From positions 156,521-220,520 of the forward strand of contig JANSWW010000003.1 of the NCBI GenBank assembly GCA_024743275.1: 64,000 bases of DNA, given 5' to 3'. Source of the DNA: Alphaproteobacteria bacterium. GTDB taxonomy: Bacteria > Pseudomonadota > Alphaproteobacteria > JANSWW01. The position numbers and the translations under genes were made by a program. The notes beneath the pieces were generated by a model. That model had not been told where the DNA came from, made no database searches, and saw only the letters and a program-made list of their open reading frames with translations. Shown piece after piece: positions 35,827 through 49,048 of the stretch; within the stretch, counting starts at the first letter, position 1; every line of letters begins with the position of its first letter.

Positions 35827-35839
35827 GACCAAATTGGTC
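35827..35839. promoter_or_regulatory. Palindrome upstream of the suf operon; probable Rrf2 operator
   Basis: GACCA-AAT-TGGTC about 30 nt upstream of the Rrf2 ATG. Confidence 0.55.
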
Positions 35840-35868
35840 CTAAATATACCCCCGTAAGGAGACAGGGT

Positions 35869-36333
35869 ATGCAACTCAACCGTTTGACCGATTACGCGGT
35901 CGTGATCCTGGGGCAGATGACCCGCCATCGCGGCGCGACCGTCTCGGCCCTCGATCTGGCGAAGGGCACGGGTTTTCCGCTGCCGACGGTCCAGAAGGTT
36001 CTCAAGCAGCTCGCCAAGGCCGGGCTGGTGGCGAGCCAGCGCGGCGTGGGCGGTGGCTATCAGATGGTCGGTACCGCATCCGAGGTGACGGTGGGAGACG
36101 TCGTCACGGCGATGCAGGGGCCGATCATGCTGACCGCGTGCGTGGAGGGGTCTGAGGATCCCTGCAACTGCGCGGCGCATTGCCCGCTCGCGGGGAACTG
36201 GAACCGGGTCAATGAAGCGATCCGGGCCGCGTTCGCCAGCGTGACGCTCGAAGAGATGCTGACCTTTCCCGCGCCCGGCCCCGCTTCGGTGCCCGACCCG
36301 GTGGCCAAGGCCCCGGTCGGCGTTCCGGCGTGA
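35869..36333 (+). CDS. SUF system Rrf2/IscR-family regulator
   Basis: MQLNRLTDYAVV, SQRGVGGGY, Cys cluster TACVEGSEDPCNCAAHCP; AAGGAG RBS. Confidence 0.9.
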   Translation: MQLNRLTDYAVVILGQMTRHRGATVSALDLAKGTGFPLPTVQKVLKQLAKAGLVASQRGVGGGYQMVGTASEVTVGDVVTAMQGPIMLTACVEGSEDPCNCAAHCPLAGNWNRVNEAIRAAFASVTLEEMLTFPAPGPASVPDPVAKAPVGVPA

Positions 36334-36377
36334 ACGGGCTTCGGCCCCGATGATTTTAACCGATTAGGTGAGAGACC

Positions 36378-37835
<1,458 letters not shown>

Positions 37836-37892
37836 TCGGGGCGCCGTCCCCCGTCGACCGGTCCCACAAGAGATTTATTGGAAGAGGAAGCT

Positions 37893-38654
37893 ATGCCGCT
37901 TATCGAGATCAAGAACCTGCACGCCCGCATCGAAGACGATGGCAAGGAGATCCTGAAGGGGATCGACCTGACCATCGAGCCGGGCGAAGTCCACGCCATC
38001 ATGGGCCCGAACGGTTCGGGCAAGTCCACCCTGTCCTATGTGCTTTCCGGCCGTGACGGCTACGAGATCACCGAAGGCTCGGTGATGTTCGACGGCGTGG
38101 ATCTTCTGGAAATGGAACCGGACGAGCGGAGCCGCGCCGGCCTGTTCCTCGCCTTCCAGTATCCGGTCGAGATTCCGGGGGTGACCAACTCCACCTTCCT
38201 GCGCGAGGCGGTCAACGCCCGCCGCAAGGGGCAGGGCGAGAAGGAAGTCGACGCGCTGCAGTTCGTCAAAATGATGCGCGAAAAGACCAAGAAGCTGGGC
38301 ATGTCCGACGAGATGCTGAAGCGGGCGGTCAATTTCGGCTTCTCCGGCGGTGAGAAGAAGCGGAACGAGATCCTGCAGATGGCGGTCCTCGAGCCGAAAT
38401 TCGCGATCCTCGACGAGACCGATTCCGGCCTCGACATCGACGCGCTGAAGATCGTCTCCGACGGGGTCAACTCCCTGCGCGATCCGTCCCGGTCGATGCT
38501 GGTCATCACCCACTACCAGCGCCTGCTGAACTACATCGTGCCGGACAAGGTCCACGTCATGGCCGACGGCAAGATCCAGCGCACCGGCGGCAAGGAACTC
38601 GCCGAAGAGCTCGAGGCAAGCGGTTATGCCGACTATCAGGAGGACGCGGCATGA
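37893..38654 (+). CDS. sufC: Fe-S cluster assembly ATPase SufC
   Basis: [43 protein letters not shown]. Confidence 0.97.
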   Translation: MPLIEIKNLHARIEDDGKEILKGIDLTIEPGEVHAIMGPNGSGKSTLSYVLSGRDGYEITEGSVMFDGVDLLEMEPDERSRAGLFLAFQYPVEIPGVTNSTFLREAVNARRKGQGEKEVDALQFVKMMREKTKKLGMSDEMLKRAVNFGFSGGEKKRNEILQMAVLEPKFAILDETDSGLDIDALKIVSDGVNSLRDPSRSMLVITHYQRLLNYIVPDKVHVMADGKIQRTGGKELAEELEASGYADYQEDAA

Positions 38655-39922
38655 GTGACGCGCTCGATCACTTCCTGATGGGGGTGGGCGGCGCCAAGGC
38701 TCAGCTCTCCAGCCCCCATATCGACGCGCTCAGGGATCGGGCCGTGGCCGCCTTCAAGGCGACCGGCCTGCCGACGGCGCGGACCGAGGCGTGGAAATTC
38801 ACCAGCGCCGCTCCGTTGATCAAGGCGAACGCGGCCCCGGTTGTTACCTCGGCCGATCCGGAAACGCTCCCGGCGAACGCGCTTGCCGTCGACTGCCCGA
38901 CGGTGGTTCTGGTCGACGGGGCCATCTCCGAGACGCTGTCGACGCTCGACAACCTGCCCAAGGGCCTCACCGTGCGGTCCGCGTCGGCGGGCGACGCCGG
39001 CCTCGGCGATCTGCTGCCGCTCGAAGGCTTCCCGTTCGCGGCACTCAACACGGCGAGCTTCCGGGATGCGGTGATGATCGAGGTGGCGGCGGGTCAGACG
39101 GTCGAAACGCCGGTCCACATCGTCTCCCTATCGACCCATGCCAAGGTGCCGCAGATCAGCCATCCGAGGATCTGCATCAAGGTGGGCAAGGGCGCCATCG
39201 CGGCGGTGGCTGAAAGCCATATCGGCGAAGGCGGCGTGAGCTTCGCCAATGTCGCGGTCGAGGTGGATGTCGCCGATGACGCGGTCCTGACCCATGTCAA
39301 GCTGCAGGACGAAAGCCGCGACGGCTTCCACACGGCGATGACGGCGAGCAAGGTCGGCGAGAAGGCGACCTATGAGAATGTCGTGATCCAGATGGGTGCG
39401 TCGCTCGCCCGTAACGAGATCCGTCACACGATCGCGGGAAGCCATTCCGAGAGCCGCTTGCTCGGCGCTTATCTGGGCGATGGCGATCAGCATCTCGACA
39501 ACACCACCTTCGTCGACCACGCGGTCGCCGACACGGAACTGGACGAGGTCTACAAGGGTGTCCTGGCCGGCAAGGCCCGCGGTGTGTTCCAGGGCAAGAT
39601 CCTGGTCCGCCCGGACAGCCAGCGCACGGACGGCAACCAGATGAGCCGCGCCCTGCTGCTCTCCGACAAGGCGGAAGCCAACCTGAAGCCCGAACTGGAG
39701 ATTTACGCCGACGACGTGAAATGCTCCCACGGGGCGACGGTCGGGGAACTGGAGGAAGACCAGCTCTTCTATCTTCAGGCGCGGGGGCTGAGCCGGCCTG
39801 CCGCACGTGCCTTGCTTGTCGATGCCTTTGTGATGGAGATTGTCGACCGCATCAGCAGCACTTCGCTGCGCGAGGCGATGGCGGACGCGGTTCGCGCTCA
39901 CTTCGCCCGGATGTTCAAGTAA
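38651..39922 (+). CDS. sufD: Fe-S cluster assembly protein SufD
   Basis: [40 protein letters not shown]. Confidence 0.95.
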   Translation: MSDALDHFLMGVGGAKAQLSSPHIDALRDRAVAAFKATGLPTARTEAWKFTSAAPLIKANAAPVVTSADPETLPANALAVDCPTVVLVDGAISETLSTLDNLPKGLTVRSASAGDAGLGDLLPLEGFPFAALNTASFRDAVMIEVAAGQTVETPVHIVSLSTHAKVPQISHPRICIKVGKGAIAAVAESHIGEGGVSFANVAVEVDVADDAVLTHVKLQDESRDGFHTAMTASKVGEKATYENVVIQMGASLARNEIRHTIAGSHSESRLLGAYLGDGDQHLDNTTFVDHAVADTELDEVYKGVLAGKARGVFQGKILVRPDSQRTDGNQMSRALLLSDKAEANLKPELEIYADDVKCSHGATVGELEEDQLFYLQARGLSRPAARALLVDAFVMEIVDRISSTSLREAMADAVRAHFARMFK

Positions 39923-39955
39923 GTCGATGTTCGAAGCAGAGTAGGAACGCCTGTC

Positions 39956-41209
39956 ATGGCCACCGCGACCGCCAGCCACACTCCGGAGGATGTCTTCGAC
40001 GTCGAAGCCATCCGCGCCCAATTCCCGATCCTGTCGGAGGAAGTCCACGGCAAGTCCCTGGTCTATCTCGACACCGGGGCGTCGGCGCAGAAGCCGCAGT
40101 TGGTGATGGACGCGGTGGACGACATGTACAAGCATGCCTATTCCAACGTTCACCGCGGCGCTCACCGCATGAGCGAGCTGGCGACCGACCGGTTCGAGCA
40201 TGCGCGCGAACAGGTGCGCAGCTTCCTCAATGCCGCCCACAGCCACGAGATCATCTTCGTGCGCAACGGCACCGAGGCGTGCAACCTGGTCGCCTTCTCC
40301 TATGCGAAGAAGTTCCTGCAGGAAGGCGACGCGATCCTGATCTCCGAAATGGAGCATCACTCCAACATCGTGCCCTGGCACATGGTGGCGGAGGAAAAGG
40401 GGCTGCGGGTGCTGGCAGTGCCGGTCACGGACGACGGCGGCTTCGACATGGACGCCTATGACCGGTTGCTGGAGGACGGCGTCAAGCTGGTGGCCGTCAC
40501 CCATACGTCGAATGTTCTCGGGACGGTCACCCCGGCCAAGGAGATCATCCGAAAGGCCCACGCCGCTGGGGCCAAGGTGTTGCTCGACGGCTGTCAGTCG
40601 GCGGTCCACATGCCGGTCGACGTTCGGGATCTAGACGTCGATTTCTACGCGATCACGGGGCATAAGCTCTATGGCCCGTCCGGGATCGGGGTGCTCTACG
40701 GCAAGGAAGAGCTCCTGAATGCGATGCCGCCCTATCAGGGGGGCGGGTCGATGATCAAGACCGTGACCCTGACCAAGTCGACCTATGCGCCGCTGCCGGC
40801 GAAATTCGAGGCCGGGACCCCGGCGATCGCCCAGGCGGTTGGCTTCGGCGCCGCGCTGGACTATATGCGCTCCATTGGGTTGGACGCGATCCGGGATTAC
40901 GAGGAGGACCTGAGGGCCTATGCGACGCAAAAGCTGTCGGCGGTCCCGGGCCTCAAGATCTACGGGACCATGCCCGGCAAGGCGGCGGTGATCTCCTTCA
41001 CCCTCGACAAGGCGCATTCCCATGACGTGTCGACCATTCTCGACCGTCACGGCGTCGCCATCCGTGCCGGCCACCATTGCGCCCAGCCCCTGATGGACCG
41101 CTTCGGGGTCGCGGCGACCGCCCGCGCCTCCTTTGGTATGTACAACACAAGGGCCGATGTCGACCGCCTCGTCGAGGCCGTCGAGTTCGTGTCGGAGATT
41201 TTTGGCTGA
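39956..41209 (+). CDS. sufS: Cysteine desulfurase SufS
   Basis: YLDTGASAQKP, NVHRG, EHHSN, TGHKLYGP, RAGHHCAQPL. Confidence 0.96.
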   Translation: MATATASHTPEDVFDVEAIRAQFPILSEEVHGKSLVYLDTGASAQKPQLVMDAVDDMYKHAYSNVHRGAHRMSELATDRFEHAREQVRSFLNAAHSHEIIFVRNGTEACNLVAFSYAKKFLQEGDAILISEMEHHSNIVPWHMVAEEKGLRVLAVPVTDDGGFDMDAYDRLLEDGVKLVAVTHTSNVLGTVTPAKEIIRKAHAAGAKVLLDGCQSAVHMPVDVRDLDVDFYAITGHKLYGPSGIGVLYGKEELLNAMPPYQGGGSMIKTVTLTKSTYAPLPAKFEAGTPAIAQAVGFGAALDYMRSIGLDAIRDYEEDLRAYATQKLSAVPGLKIYGTMPGKAAVISFTLDKAHSHDVSTILDRHGVAIRAGHHCAQPLMDRFGVAATARASFGMYNTRADVDRLVEAVEFVSEIFG

Positions 41210-41673
41210 TGCTCGACGAGCTGAGAGAACTGTACCAGGAAGTCATTCTGGACCACGGGAAGAACCCGCGAAATTTCCGGGCGATGGATAACGCCACCCA
41301 TAAGGCGGCCGGCCGAAACCCGCTGTGCGGCGACCAGTTGGTCGTCTATCTGGCGGTGGACGAGGACGGCAAGGTGGCCGATGCCTCCTTCCTCGGCAAA
41401 GGCTGTGCGATTTCCATGGCGTCGGCCTCGATGATGACGGAGATGGTCCACGGCAAGACGCCGGAGGATGCCGAACGGCTGTTCGAGAACTTCCACACGT
41501 TGTGCACCACGGACCACACGCCGGACGCGCCCGAGGGCCTGGAGGACGAGGTGGAGAAGCTGGAAGTGCTCTCCGGCGTGCGCCAGTTTCCGAGCCGGGT
41601 CAAATGCGCGACCCTGTCCTGGCACACCATGGACGCCGCCATCAAAGGCGAAGAAGAGATTTCAACGGAATAA
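41209..41673 (+). CDS. sufU: SufU (NifU/IscU-like) protein
   Basis: LYQEVILDH.KNPRN, NPLCGD, GCAISMASAS, RVKCATL; TGATG coupling with sufS. Confidence 0.92.
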   Translation: MLDELRELYQEVILDHGKNPRNFRAMDNATHKAAGRNPLCGDQLVVYLAVDEDGKVADASFLGKGCAISMASASMMTEMVHGKTPEDAERLFENFHTLCTTDHTPDAPEGLEDEVEKLEVLSGVRQFPSRVKCATLSWHTMDAAIKGEEEISTE

Positions 41674-41695
41674 AGGCGGACGGGAGGATCGACGG

Positions 41696-42100
41696 ATGCA
41701 GCCCTACAACCCCTATATGATGGCGATGGACGACGACCCGGCGGTGGAGGAGGGCTTCACCGCCACACGGGGCGCCCCGCTCGCCGACGGCGCGGAGCAC
41801 GCGACGGAGGAAGACGTGGTCAAGGCGCTGCAATCCGTCTACGACCCCGAAATCCCCGTGAATATTTATGATCTCGGTCTAATATATGAGATCAATCAGA
41901 AGCAGACCGGAGATCTGCATGTGAAAATGACGCTCACCGCGCCGGCCTGTCCGGTGGCGGGCGAGCTTCCCGGAGAGGTCGCCGACGCGGTGGCCGCGGT
42001 GCCGGGCGTCGGTGAGGTCGAGGTCGAGATGACGTGGACCCCGCCGTGGAACCCCGGCATGATGAGCGAGGACGCGAAGATCGCGCTCGATATGGGCTGA
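41696..42100 (+). CDS. sufT: SufT (DUF59) Fe-S assembly protein
   Basis: VYDPEIPVNIYDLGLIY, MTLTAPACPVA, WTPPW. Confidence 0.9.
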   Translation: MQPYNPYMMAMDDDPAVEEGFTATRGAPLADGAEHATEEDVVKALQSVYDPEIPVNIYDLGLIYEINQKQTGDLHVKMTLTAPACPVAGELPGEVADAVAAVPGVGEVEVEMTWTPPWNPGMMSEDAKIALDMG

Positions 42101-42166
42101 GGCCTCGTTGCGGAGCCTTGTTCGATGTTTCTTGTTCGACTTTGACGCTGGAAAGAGGATGAGCCG

Positions 42167-42517
42167 ATGTTTGGTGCCCCTGGAGCCGGTTCGATCGTAA
42201 CCCTGACCGATGCCGCCGCCAATCAAGCCCGCAAGCTGATCGAGCGGAGCGAGGACGGCAAGAACGCGCTGCGGGTCGGCGTCAAGGCCCGTGGCTGTTC
42301 CGGCATGAGCTACTTTGTCGAATATGCCGACGAGCCGAAAAAGTTCGAGGAAGTGATTGAGGAAAAGGGCGTGCGGATCTTCATCGACCCGGCCGCGACC
42401 ATGTTCTTGATCGGCTCCGAAATGGACTATGTCGAGGAAACCTTCCAGACCGGGTTTGTGTTCAGCAACCCGAACGAGAAGGGCCGCTGCGGCTGTGGCG
42501 AGAGCTTCCACGTCTAG
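42167..42517 (+). CDS. sufA: A-type Fe-S carrier (SufA/IscA)
   Basis: GCSGMSY, NPNEKGRCGCGESF. Confidence 0.92.
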   Translation: MFGAPGAGSIVTLTDAAANQARKLIERSEDGKNALRVGVKARGCSGMSYFVEYADEPKKFEEVIEEKGVRIFIDPAATMFLIGSEMDYVEETFQTGFVFSNPNEKGRCGCGESFHV

Positions 42518-42816
42518 GATATAAGGGCTTCGGCTTCCTTCCTGAAGGACGCCGACCGGTCGGCCCCCGCCCAGGCGCGATAGACTGGGTGCGCCTCCCT
42601 CTTGACGTCCCATAGCATCCCCATCAGGTGTTCCGAACGGCGGAAAATGCCCATGAAAAGGGGTGCCCCTCGCCCTGCGCGTGGGGCCCACGCCTTTTGC
42701 GCGTCCGTGGTGGACAGAGCGTCGTGGAGAGGGGACAGTCGCTCAAGCGAAGCGGGACGCGCCGCGCCGTCCTTCGCCATGATCCGAACGCCGCCCATCG
42801 AAAAGGGGTCGCCCTT

Positions 42817-44028
42817 ATGCCGGAACCTTTCCTGTCCTATCTCATCGAGACCCTGGCGGAGATCGATGCCGCCGGTCTCTATAAACGCGAGCGGCAGATC
42901 ACCTCGCCCCAGGGCGCCCATATCCATGTCGGGGCCCCCGGAGCCGAGGGGGCGTCCGACGTCATCAATCTTTGCGCCAACAATTATCTCGGGCTCGCCG
43001 ACCATCCGGCCCTGATCGCTGCGGCCCGGGCGGCGATGGACGACCATGGCTACGGCATGGCCAGTGTCCGTTTCATTTGCGGCACCCAGGATCTGCACCG
43101 CCACCTTGAGCGGCGACTCGCGGACTTCCTCGGCAAGGACGATTCGATCCTGTTCGCCGCCTGTTTCGACGCCAATGGCGGGTTGTTCGAGCCTTTGCTC
43201 GGCCCGGAGGACGCCGTCGTTTCCGATGCGCTGAACCATGCCTCCATCATCGACGGGATCCGGCTCTGCAAGGCGAAGCGATACCGCTACGCCAACTCCG
43301 ACATGGCGGATCTGGAGGCCAAGTTGAAGCAGGCCCGATCCGACGGGGCACGCTTCGTGATGATCGCGACGGACGGCGTGTTCTCGATGGACGGCTATCT
43401 CGCCAACCTGCCGGAGATCACCCGGCTGGCCGAGGCCTATGAGGCCGTCGTCATGGTCGACGATTGCCATGCCACCGGCTTCATGGGGCCGCAGGGGCGC
43501 GGGATGCATGCCCATTACGGCGTCGGGGATAAGGTGCACATCCTCACCGGGACGCTCGGCAAGGCGCTGGGTGGGGCCATCGGGGGATATATCGCCGGGC
43601 CGCAGCCGGTCATCGACCTGTTGCGTCAGCGCGCCCGGCCCTATCTCTTCTCCAACGCTCTGCCGCCGATGGTGGTGGCGGCGTCGCTCGAGGCTCTGCG
43701 GTTGGTCGAGGAAGGCGACGATCTGCGGGCGCGGCTGTTCGAGAACGCGGCCTATTGGCGCCAGGGGCTCGCCCGTCTCGGTTTCACCCTCCTGGAGGGC
43801 GAGCATCCGATCGTCCCGGTGATGCTGGGCGAAGCGCGTCTGGCCCAAGACATGGCGGCGGAGCTCTACCGGAACGGGGTCTATGTCGCCGGCTTCTTCT
43901 TTCCGGTGGTGCCGAAGGGGCAGGCGCGGATCCGCACCCAGATGAACGCGGCTTTGAGCCGGGAGGATTTGGACCGGGCCTTGGAGGCGTTTGCCAAGGC
44001 CGGTAAGGCGACGGGAGTGCTGCCATGA
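42817..44028 (+). CDS. kbl: Glycine C-acetyltransferase (2-amino-3-ketobutyrate CoA ligase)
   Basis: [43 protein letters not shown]. Start re-set to 42817. Confidence 0.95.
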   Translation: MPEPFLSYLIETLAEIDAAGLYKRERQITSPQGAHIHVGAPGAEGASDVINLCANNYLGLADHPALIAAARAAMDDHGYGMASVRFICGTQDLHRHLERRLADFLGKDDSILFAACFDANGGLFEPLLGPEDAVVSDALNHASIIDGIRLCKAKRYRYANSDMADLEAKLKQARSDGARFVMIATDGVFSMDGYLANLPEITRLAEAYEAVVMVDDCHATGFMGPQGRGMHAHYGVGDKVHILTGTLGKALGGAIGGYIAGPQPVIDLLRQRARPYLFSNALPPMVVAASLEALRLVEEGDDLRARLFENAAYWRQGLARLGFTLLEGEHPIVPVMLGEARLAQDMAAELYRNGVYVAGFFFPVVPKGQARIRTQMNAALSREDLDRALEAFAKAGKATGVLP

Positions 44029-45080
44029 CGACGAACCAGATGAAGGTCCTGATGAAGTCGAAGCCGGAGCCGGGCCTGTGGATGGCGGATGCCCCGGTGC
44101 CGGAGATCGGCCCGGACGACGTGCTGATCCGGGTCAAGAAGACCGGCATCTGCGGGACCGACGTCCATATCTGGCAGTGGGACGAGTGGGCGCAAAAGAC
44201 CGTGCCGGTTCCGTTGGTCACCGGCCATGAATTCGCCGGCGAGATCGTCGAGGTCGGTCGCGACGTGGACGATCTGGCGGTTGGCCAGCGGGTCAGCGGC
44301 GAGGGGCATTTGATCGGCCATCATTCGCGTCAGGTTCGGGCGGGCAAATTCCACCTCGATCCGGAGACGCGGGGCATCGGGGTCAACGAGCAGGGGGCGT
44401 TCGCCGAGTTTCTGCGCCTGCCGGCCTTCAATGTCGTGCCGCTGCCGGATGCCGTCGACGACGAGATCGGGGCGATCCTCGATCCCCTGGGCAACGCCGT
44501 TCACACCGCCCTGAGCTATGACCTGATCGGCGAGGATGTGCTGATCACCGGGGCCGGGCCCATCGGCATCATGGCGGCGGCCGTGGCCCGCCATGTCGGC
44601 GCCCGTCACGTGGTGATCACCGACGTGAACCCGGACCGTCTGGCGCTCGCCGAACAGGTCGCCGATGTGGTGACGGTGAATGTGGCGGAGGAGGACCTAC
44701 GGTCGGTCTATCCCAGGCTGGGCCTCAAGGAGGGTTTCGATGTCGGGCTGGAGATGTCCGGCAACCAGGCGGCGATGGACCAGATGGTCGAGTGTCTGGT
44801 GATCGGCGGGCGGATCGCGCTGCTGGGGATTCCACCGGGCAAGAGCCAGGTCGATTGGTCCCGGATCGTCTTCAAGTCGATTACGATCAAGGGGATCTAC
44901 GGCCGGGAGATTTTCGAGACCTGGTACAAGATGATCGCCATGATCGAGAATGGCCTGGATGTCCGCAAGGTGATCACCCACCGGTTTTCCGTTGACGATT
45001 TCGCGACGGGGTTCGAGGCGATGATGAGCGGAAGGAGTGGGAAGGTCGTCCTGGATTGGACCGGCGGGAACAAGGGGTGA
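44025..45080 (+). CDS. tdh: L-threonine 3-dehydrogenase
   Basis: [34 protein letters not shown]; coupled to kbl. Confidence 0.95.
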   Translation: MTTNQMKVLMKSKPEPGLWMADAPVPEIGPDDVLIRVKKTGICGTDVHIWQWDEWAQKTVPVPLVTGHEFAGEIVEVGRDVDDLAVGQRVSGEGHLIGHHSRQVRAGKFHLDPETRGIGVNEQGAFAEFLRLPAFNVVPLPDAVDDEIGAILDPLGNAVHTALSYDLIGEDVLITGAGPIGIMAAAVARHVGARHVVITDVNPDRLALAEQVADVVTVNVAEEDLRSVYPRLGLKEGFDVGLEMSGNQAAMDQMVECLVIGGRIALLGIPPGKSQVDWSRIVFKSITIKGIYGREIFETWYKMIAMIENGLDVRKVITHRFSVDDFATGFEAMMSGRSGKVVLDWTGGNKG

Positions 45081-45096
45081 TCCGACGCGGGGTGAT

Positions 45097-45480
45097 TTAG
45101 GAGCGCGATTTGCGGTTCTTCGCCTTGTGGGCGGCGACCAGGGCGTCGAGTTCGGCGAAATCCACCTCGTCGCCGTCTTCCGCCACGCGCTTTTCGATGT
45201 AATCGAGGATCTCCATCGCTTCTTCATGGTCCTTGCGGACCCGGTCGGAGATCAACCGCACCTCGTCGAGGGTGGACTGGATTTTGGCCTCGCTTTCCAG
45301 GGCCATTTCGTAACTCTGCGTCAGCCGGGCGTGTTGCCGGCGCAATTCCGCGGCCGATTCGTTGAGGCTTTTCGAGGTTTCGCGCATCTCTTCGGAGGAT
45401 TTGACAATACGCTGGATGGCACGGTCCCGACGCTCCTTGTGATCGAGACGGGGCGAAGGGAATTGAATAATATCTGCCAT
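45097..45480 (-). CDS. Hypothetical coiled-coil protein
   Basis: MADIIQFP start with GAGGAG RBS; charged heptad helix. Confidence 0.7.
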   Translation of the reverse strand: MADIIQFPSPRLDHKERRDRAIQRIVKSSEEMRETSKSLNESAAELRRQHARLTQSYEMALESEAKIQSTLDEVRLISDRVRKDHEEAMEILDYIEKRVAEDGDEVDFAELDALVAAHKAKNRKSRS

Positions 45481-45602
45481 CGCAATATCTCCTCTCTCTT
45501 CATTAGAAATGGTATGGGAAGAGCCTTGCATTAACCAAGCACTAATTATTGGCTGTCATCCTTAGGATTTTTTCGACCTACCATAAAGGATATGCGCCCC
45601 TC

Positions 45603-46835
45603 ATGGCGGACCAGACACTGAATACTGGCGTATCGGCCACGCATCCGCCCTTTAGTCGGGTGATCGCCCTGATCGGGACCGCGCATTTTCTCTCCCATTT
45701 CTACATGGTCGTCCTGCCGGTACTGTTTCCCGTCCTGGCCCCGGCCCTGGGGGTCAGTTTCACCCAGCTCGGCCTGGCGATGACCGCGTTTTCCATTGGC
45801 TCAGGCCTGTTTCAGGCGCCGGTCGGCTTTGCGGTCGACCGCTATGGGGCGAAGGCGATCCTGATCGCCGGCGTGGCTCTGGAGGGGCTCGCCTTCCTGC
45901 TCATCGGGGTTACCGGAAACTACATCTTCCTGCTGGTTCTGATGACCCTGGCCGGCATCGCCAACAGCGTCTACCACCCCGCCGACTACGCCATTCTGAA
46001 CGCCAGCGTCGACCAGACGCGGATCGGTCGTGCCTTTTCGATCCACACCTTCACCGGCTTTTTCGGCGGCGCGGTGGCCCCGGCGATCGTGCTCGGCCTG
46101 CAGGCCCAGATCGGCTGGCAGAGCGCGCTGACTCTGGTCGGCCTATCCGGCCTGGTGATGGCGGCCCTGCTGCTGTTCTACGGCCGCAGCCTGACCGATG
46201 TCGGGGCGCGCAAGAAGAAGGGCGAGGCCGGCGGCAGCACCAGGGACGGAATTTCGCTGCTCTTCAGCAAGCCGGTGCTGTCGGGCCTGTTCCTCTTCGT
46301 CTGCATCGCGCTGGTCGGCGGCGGCATCAACGGGTTCGGGACGGTCGCCATGGTCAACGGGCTGGAGATGTCGCTGGAGATGGCGGGCCTCGGGCTCACC
46401 GGCTTCCTGTCCGGCATGGCCGGCGGGGTGCTGATCGGCGGCCTGATCGCCGACCGGACCAGCCGTCACGATCTCGTCGCGATCCTCTGTTTCGCCCTCT
46501 TGGCCGCCACCATGGCGGCGATCGCCGCGACGAGCCCCGGTCCCTGGCTGCTGATCCCGCTTTTGACCCTGGGCGGCATGTCGGTCGGCATTGTCGCGCC
46601 CTCGCGGGATATGATCATCCGCTCGATCACGCCGCCGGACAGCATGGGCAAGGTGTTCGGTTTCGTTTCCGTCGGATTCAACATCGGCGGTATCATCGCG
46701 CCGCCGGCCTTCGGTCTGTTGCTGGACCATGGGGCGCCGACCCATCTGTTCTGGGCGGTGTCGGCCCTGGCCCTGCTCACCGTCTTGGCCGTGATGGTGA
46801 CGACCTGGCAGCGCGCCCGTCATCAGGCGGTCTGA
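45603..46835 (+). CDS. MFS transporter (Fsr-like)
   Basis: About 12 TM segments; G..VDRYG motif A, NSVYHP, GGLIADR. Confidence 0.9.
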   Translation: MADQTLNTGVSATHPPFSRVIALIGTAHFLSHFYMVVLPVLFPVLAPALGVSFTQLGLAMTAFSIGSGLFQAPVGFAVDRYGAKAILIAGVALEGLAFLLIGVTGNYIFLLVLMTLAGIANSVYHPADYAILNASVDQTRIGRAFSIHTFTGFFGGAVAPAIVLGLQAQIGWQSALTLVGLSGLVMAALLLFYGRSLTDVGARKKKGEAGGSTRDGISLLFSKPVLSGLFLFVCIALVGGGINGFGTVAMVNGLEMSLEMAGLGLTGFLSGMAGGVLIGGLIADRTSRHDLVAILCFALLAATMAAIAATSPGPWLLIPLLTLGGMSVGIVAPSRDMIIRSITPPDSMGKVFGFVSVGFNIGGIIAPPAFGLLLDHGAPTHLFWAVSALALLTVLAVMVTTWQRARHQAV

Positions 46836-46954
46836 AGTTCGGGCTTTGATCGGGGCAGGTCTGGTCTGTTCTTTAAGGCCTTGGTTCTGTCACGATCGGG
46901 GCTTAAGGAAGCGACCCGTTATTTCGGCACATTTCGCGGCACATAGGATTTCGA

Positions 46955-47683
46955 ATGTCTTTGGGGTTGGGCAGCTACGAGGAACGGCGGCGCAAGAAGA
47001 CCTGGGGGCGGGTGATCAAACTCGTTCTGTTCCTGGGTGTCGTAGGCGGTGTCGCGATGTTCAGCTATCAGGTTGGCGTGCAGGACCGGAACCGGAACCT
47101 CGCCGATCTGGTCGACGAGAAGAATACCCTTGAGGCGCAGGTCGACCAATCCGGCAACGCCATCGCCGAGCTGAGGGCGCGGGTTGCCGAGGCCTCGGCC
47201 CAGGCCGAGATCTGGGAACGGCGTTATCGGGAGGACGTGCCGGAGGGGCCGCTCGCCGAGTTGAACCGCAAGGCGGCTGCCCGGGTCGCGGAGGGCGTTC
47301 CGGCGGAGCGGTTGGCCTTCGTCATCGACAATGTGCGGGCCGCCCGTGACTGCGAAACGGCGGAGACAAAGCGCTTCCTTTTGCAAACCCCGCTGACCGA
47401 GGGACCCGCGACCTGGGTGACCTTCCTGGACGGCCGCATGACCGTCACGGGCCGCGGCGATTCGGCGACCGACGATGCCGGCCGGCCCCATGCCTGGTTC
47501 GATCCGGAAAAGCCGGTGACCCTGACGGTGACGGAGATCGGGGGTATCCAGTCGCAGGCCACGGGCCCGCTGCCGCTGCATCATTCGGTGGTCCAGGGCA
47601 CGGTCGAGCACCGTTTCACCATGGTCGCCGGGGAAGGCCGCGGTTTCGTCGAGATCACCGCCGACCGTTGCGCCTTTCCGTGA
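46955..47683 (+). CDS. Hypothetical membrane-anchored coiled-coil protein
   Basis: Basic N-terminus, one TM helix, coiled coil, and a beta C-terminal domain with two Cys. Confidence 0.75.
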   Translation: MSLGLGSYEERRRKKTWGRVIKLVLFLGVVGGVAMFSYQVGVQDRNRNLADLVDEKNTLEAQVDQSGNAIAELRARVAEASAQAEIWERRYREDVPEGPLAELNRKAAARVAEGVPAERLAFVIDNVRAARDCETAETKRFLLQTPLTEGPATWVTFLDGRMTVTGRGDSATDDAGRPHAWFDPEKPVTLTVTEIGGIQSQATGPLPLHHSVVQGTVEHRFTMVAGEGRGFVEITADRCAFP

Positions 47684-47693
47684 CCGTTTAGGT

Positions 47694-48944
47694 TTAAAGC
47701 CCGATCGCCTGGCAGTATTGCCGCTTGGTGCGCAGGGGGCGGCAGGCCTGATCGGCCGCGGCCTTGGTGGCATAGCCGCCGGCGACCAGACGGACGAACT
47801 CCCGGCCTCCGGTGCGGGGCCGGAATTTGGAGAGCCGGTGATCCAAGTCGCCGAGTTCGGTCTTGTATTTCTCGGCGAGCATCTTCCAGCCTCGTTCGGC
47901 GGCGGCCTCGGTACGGTAGGACGCGAGGTGAAGACCGAATTTGGCGTCCTGCGCCATGCCGCCGGTCATTTGCTTACCGTCCTCCGCTGGTTTGCCAGCG
48001 GCCGCGGGGGCAGTGCCGGAGGTCATCGTTTCCAGAAGCTGGTCGACCTTGCGTTCAAGGACCGCCACGCGGCGTTCCAGGGTCTGGAGACCTTCGGGCG
48101 CGGCCATCTCCTCCTTGGGTTCTTCCTTCATGACCGGCGCGGGCATCGGTTCGCCGTCCAGTGTCGCGAGCGCGGTCTGGAAGGGGCTCATTTCCGCCAC
48201 CGGCCGTTCCCTGGCGAGGGAGAAGTCGACCAGATCGCGGGTCACGGTGATCGTGTCGAAGGCCCGGATCCGGCGGGCATAGGTCTGCGCTTCCGGGGCA
48301 TAGTAGATGGTTTCGATATGGTCGGGTCGCTGGCACACGATCTCATAGGTGAAGAACCGCCCGGCCTCGACCTCCAGCGCCCTGGCGTCGACCACCTTGC
48401 AGCTATGCTGAACCCGCCACCCGCCGGGCCGGTTTTCCGATTGACCACGGACGATGAAATCGGTCTCACGGCCGACCGCGAGTGGGAACAGATTGGGGCC
48501 TGACCCGTCGATCTCCTGTTTGCCGCGGCCGAGTTCCGGATCGCCGGACCAGGACAGCACCGGCGAGGTGACGTCGTAGAGCGTTGTCCAGACGGTGCCG
48601 CTCTCATTGGTCCAGACCACCTTGTCGCTCGTCGTGGTGAGAACCTGTTCGCGTATCTGCTGGCCCGCCTCCCGATAGGTGAAGGTGTCGCCGGGGCTGT
48701 AGCGCGGCAGGGGGGCCGGCGGCAGGTCGAGCGCGGCCGGTTGGGCGCCGGCACCCTGCGGGACGGAGGCCTGAGCGGAGCCGCCGGCCGGAGCGCTGGG
48801 CGCCTGGGCCTGACCGCTGTCGCCGGAGGCCAGGGCGTCGAAGGAAGCGGCCATTTCGTCAACGAACCCCGAGACGCTTTCGCAGCCGGTCAACAGACCG
48901 AGGCACAGGCTCAGCGTCATCAACCGTCTCAAGGGCCGTTTCAT
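47694..48944 (-). CDS. SPOR-domain lipoprotein
   Basis: Lipobox LLTGC; C-terminal LHLASYR...W..L...RLVAG...A...C..L....C. Confidence 0.82.
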   Translation of the reverse strand: MKRPLRRLMTLSLCLGLLTGCESVSGFVDEMAASFDALASGDSGQAQAPSAPAGGSAQASVPQGAGAQPAALDLPPAPLPRYSPGDTFTYREAGQQIREQVLTTTSDKVVWTNESGTVWTTLYDVTSPVLSWSGDPELGRGKQEIDGSGPNLFPLAVGRETDFIVRGQSENRPGGWRVQHSCKVVDARALEVEAGRFFTYEIVCQRPDHIETIYYAPEAQTYARRIRAFDTITVTRDLVDFSLARERPVAEMSPFQTALATLDGEPMPAPVMKEEPKEEMAAPEGLQTLERRVAVLERKVDQLLETMTSGTAPAAAGKPAEDGKQMTGGMAQDAKFGLHLASYRTEAAAERGWKMLAEKYKTELGDLDHRLSKFRPRTGGREFVRLVAGGYATKAAADQACRPLRTKRQYCQAIGL

Positions 48945-49048
48945 GGGCAGTCCAATCTCGCGTACAATTCTTTTCTAAACCTAGATATAGTAGCAAAGTG
49001 AACAGGTTATGCCCAGATATATATGTCATCGCCACATGACAGAGGGGA

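Noticed and set aside
42514-42654. 46-codon minus-strand ORF between sufA and kbl ([10 protein letters not shown]...)
   Set aside because: No recognisable motif or clear RBS; too short to support.
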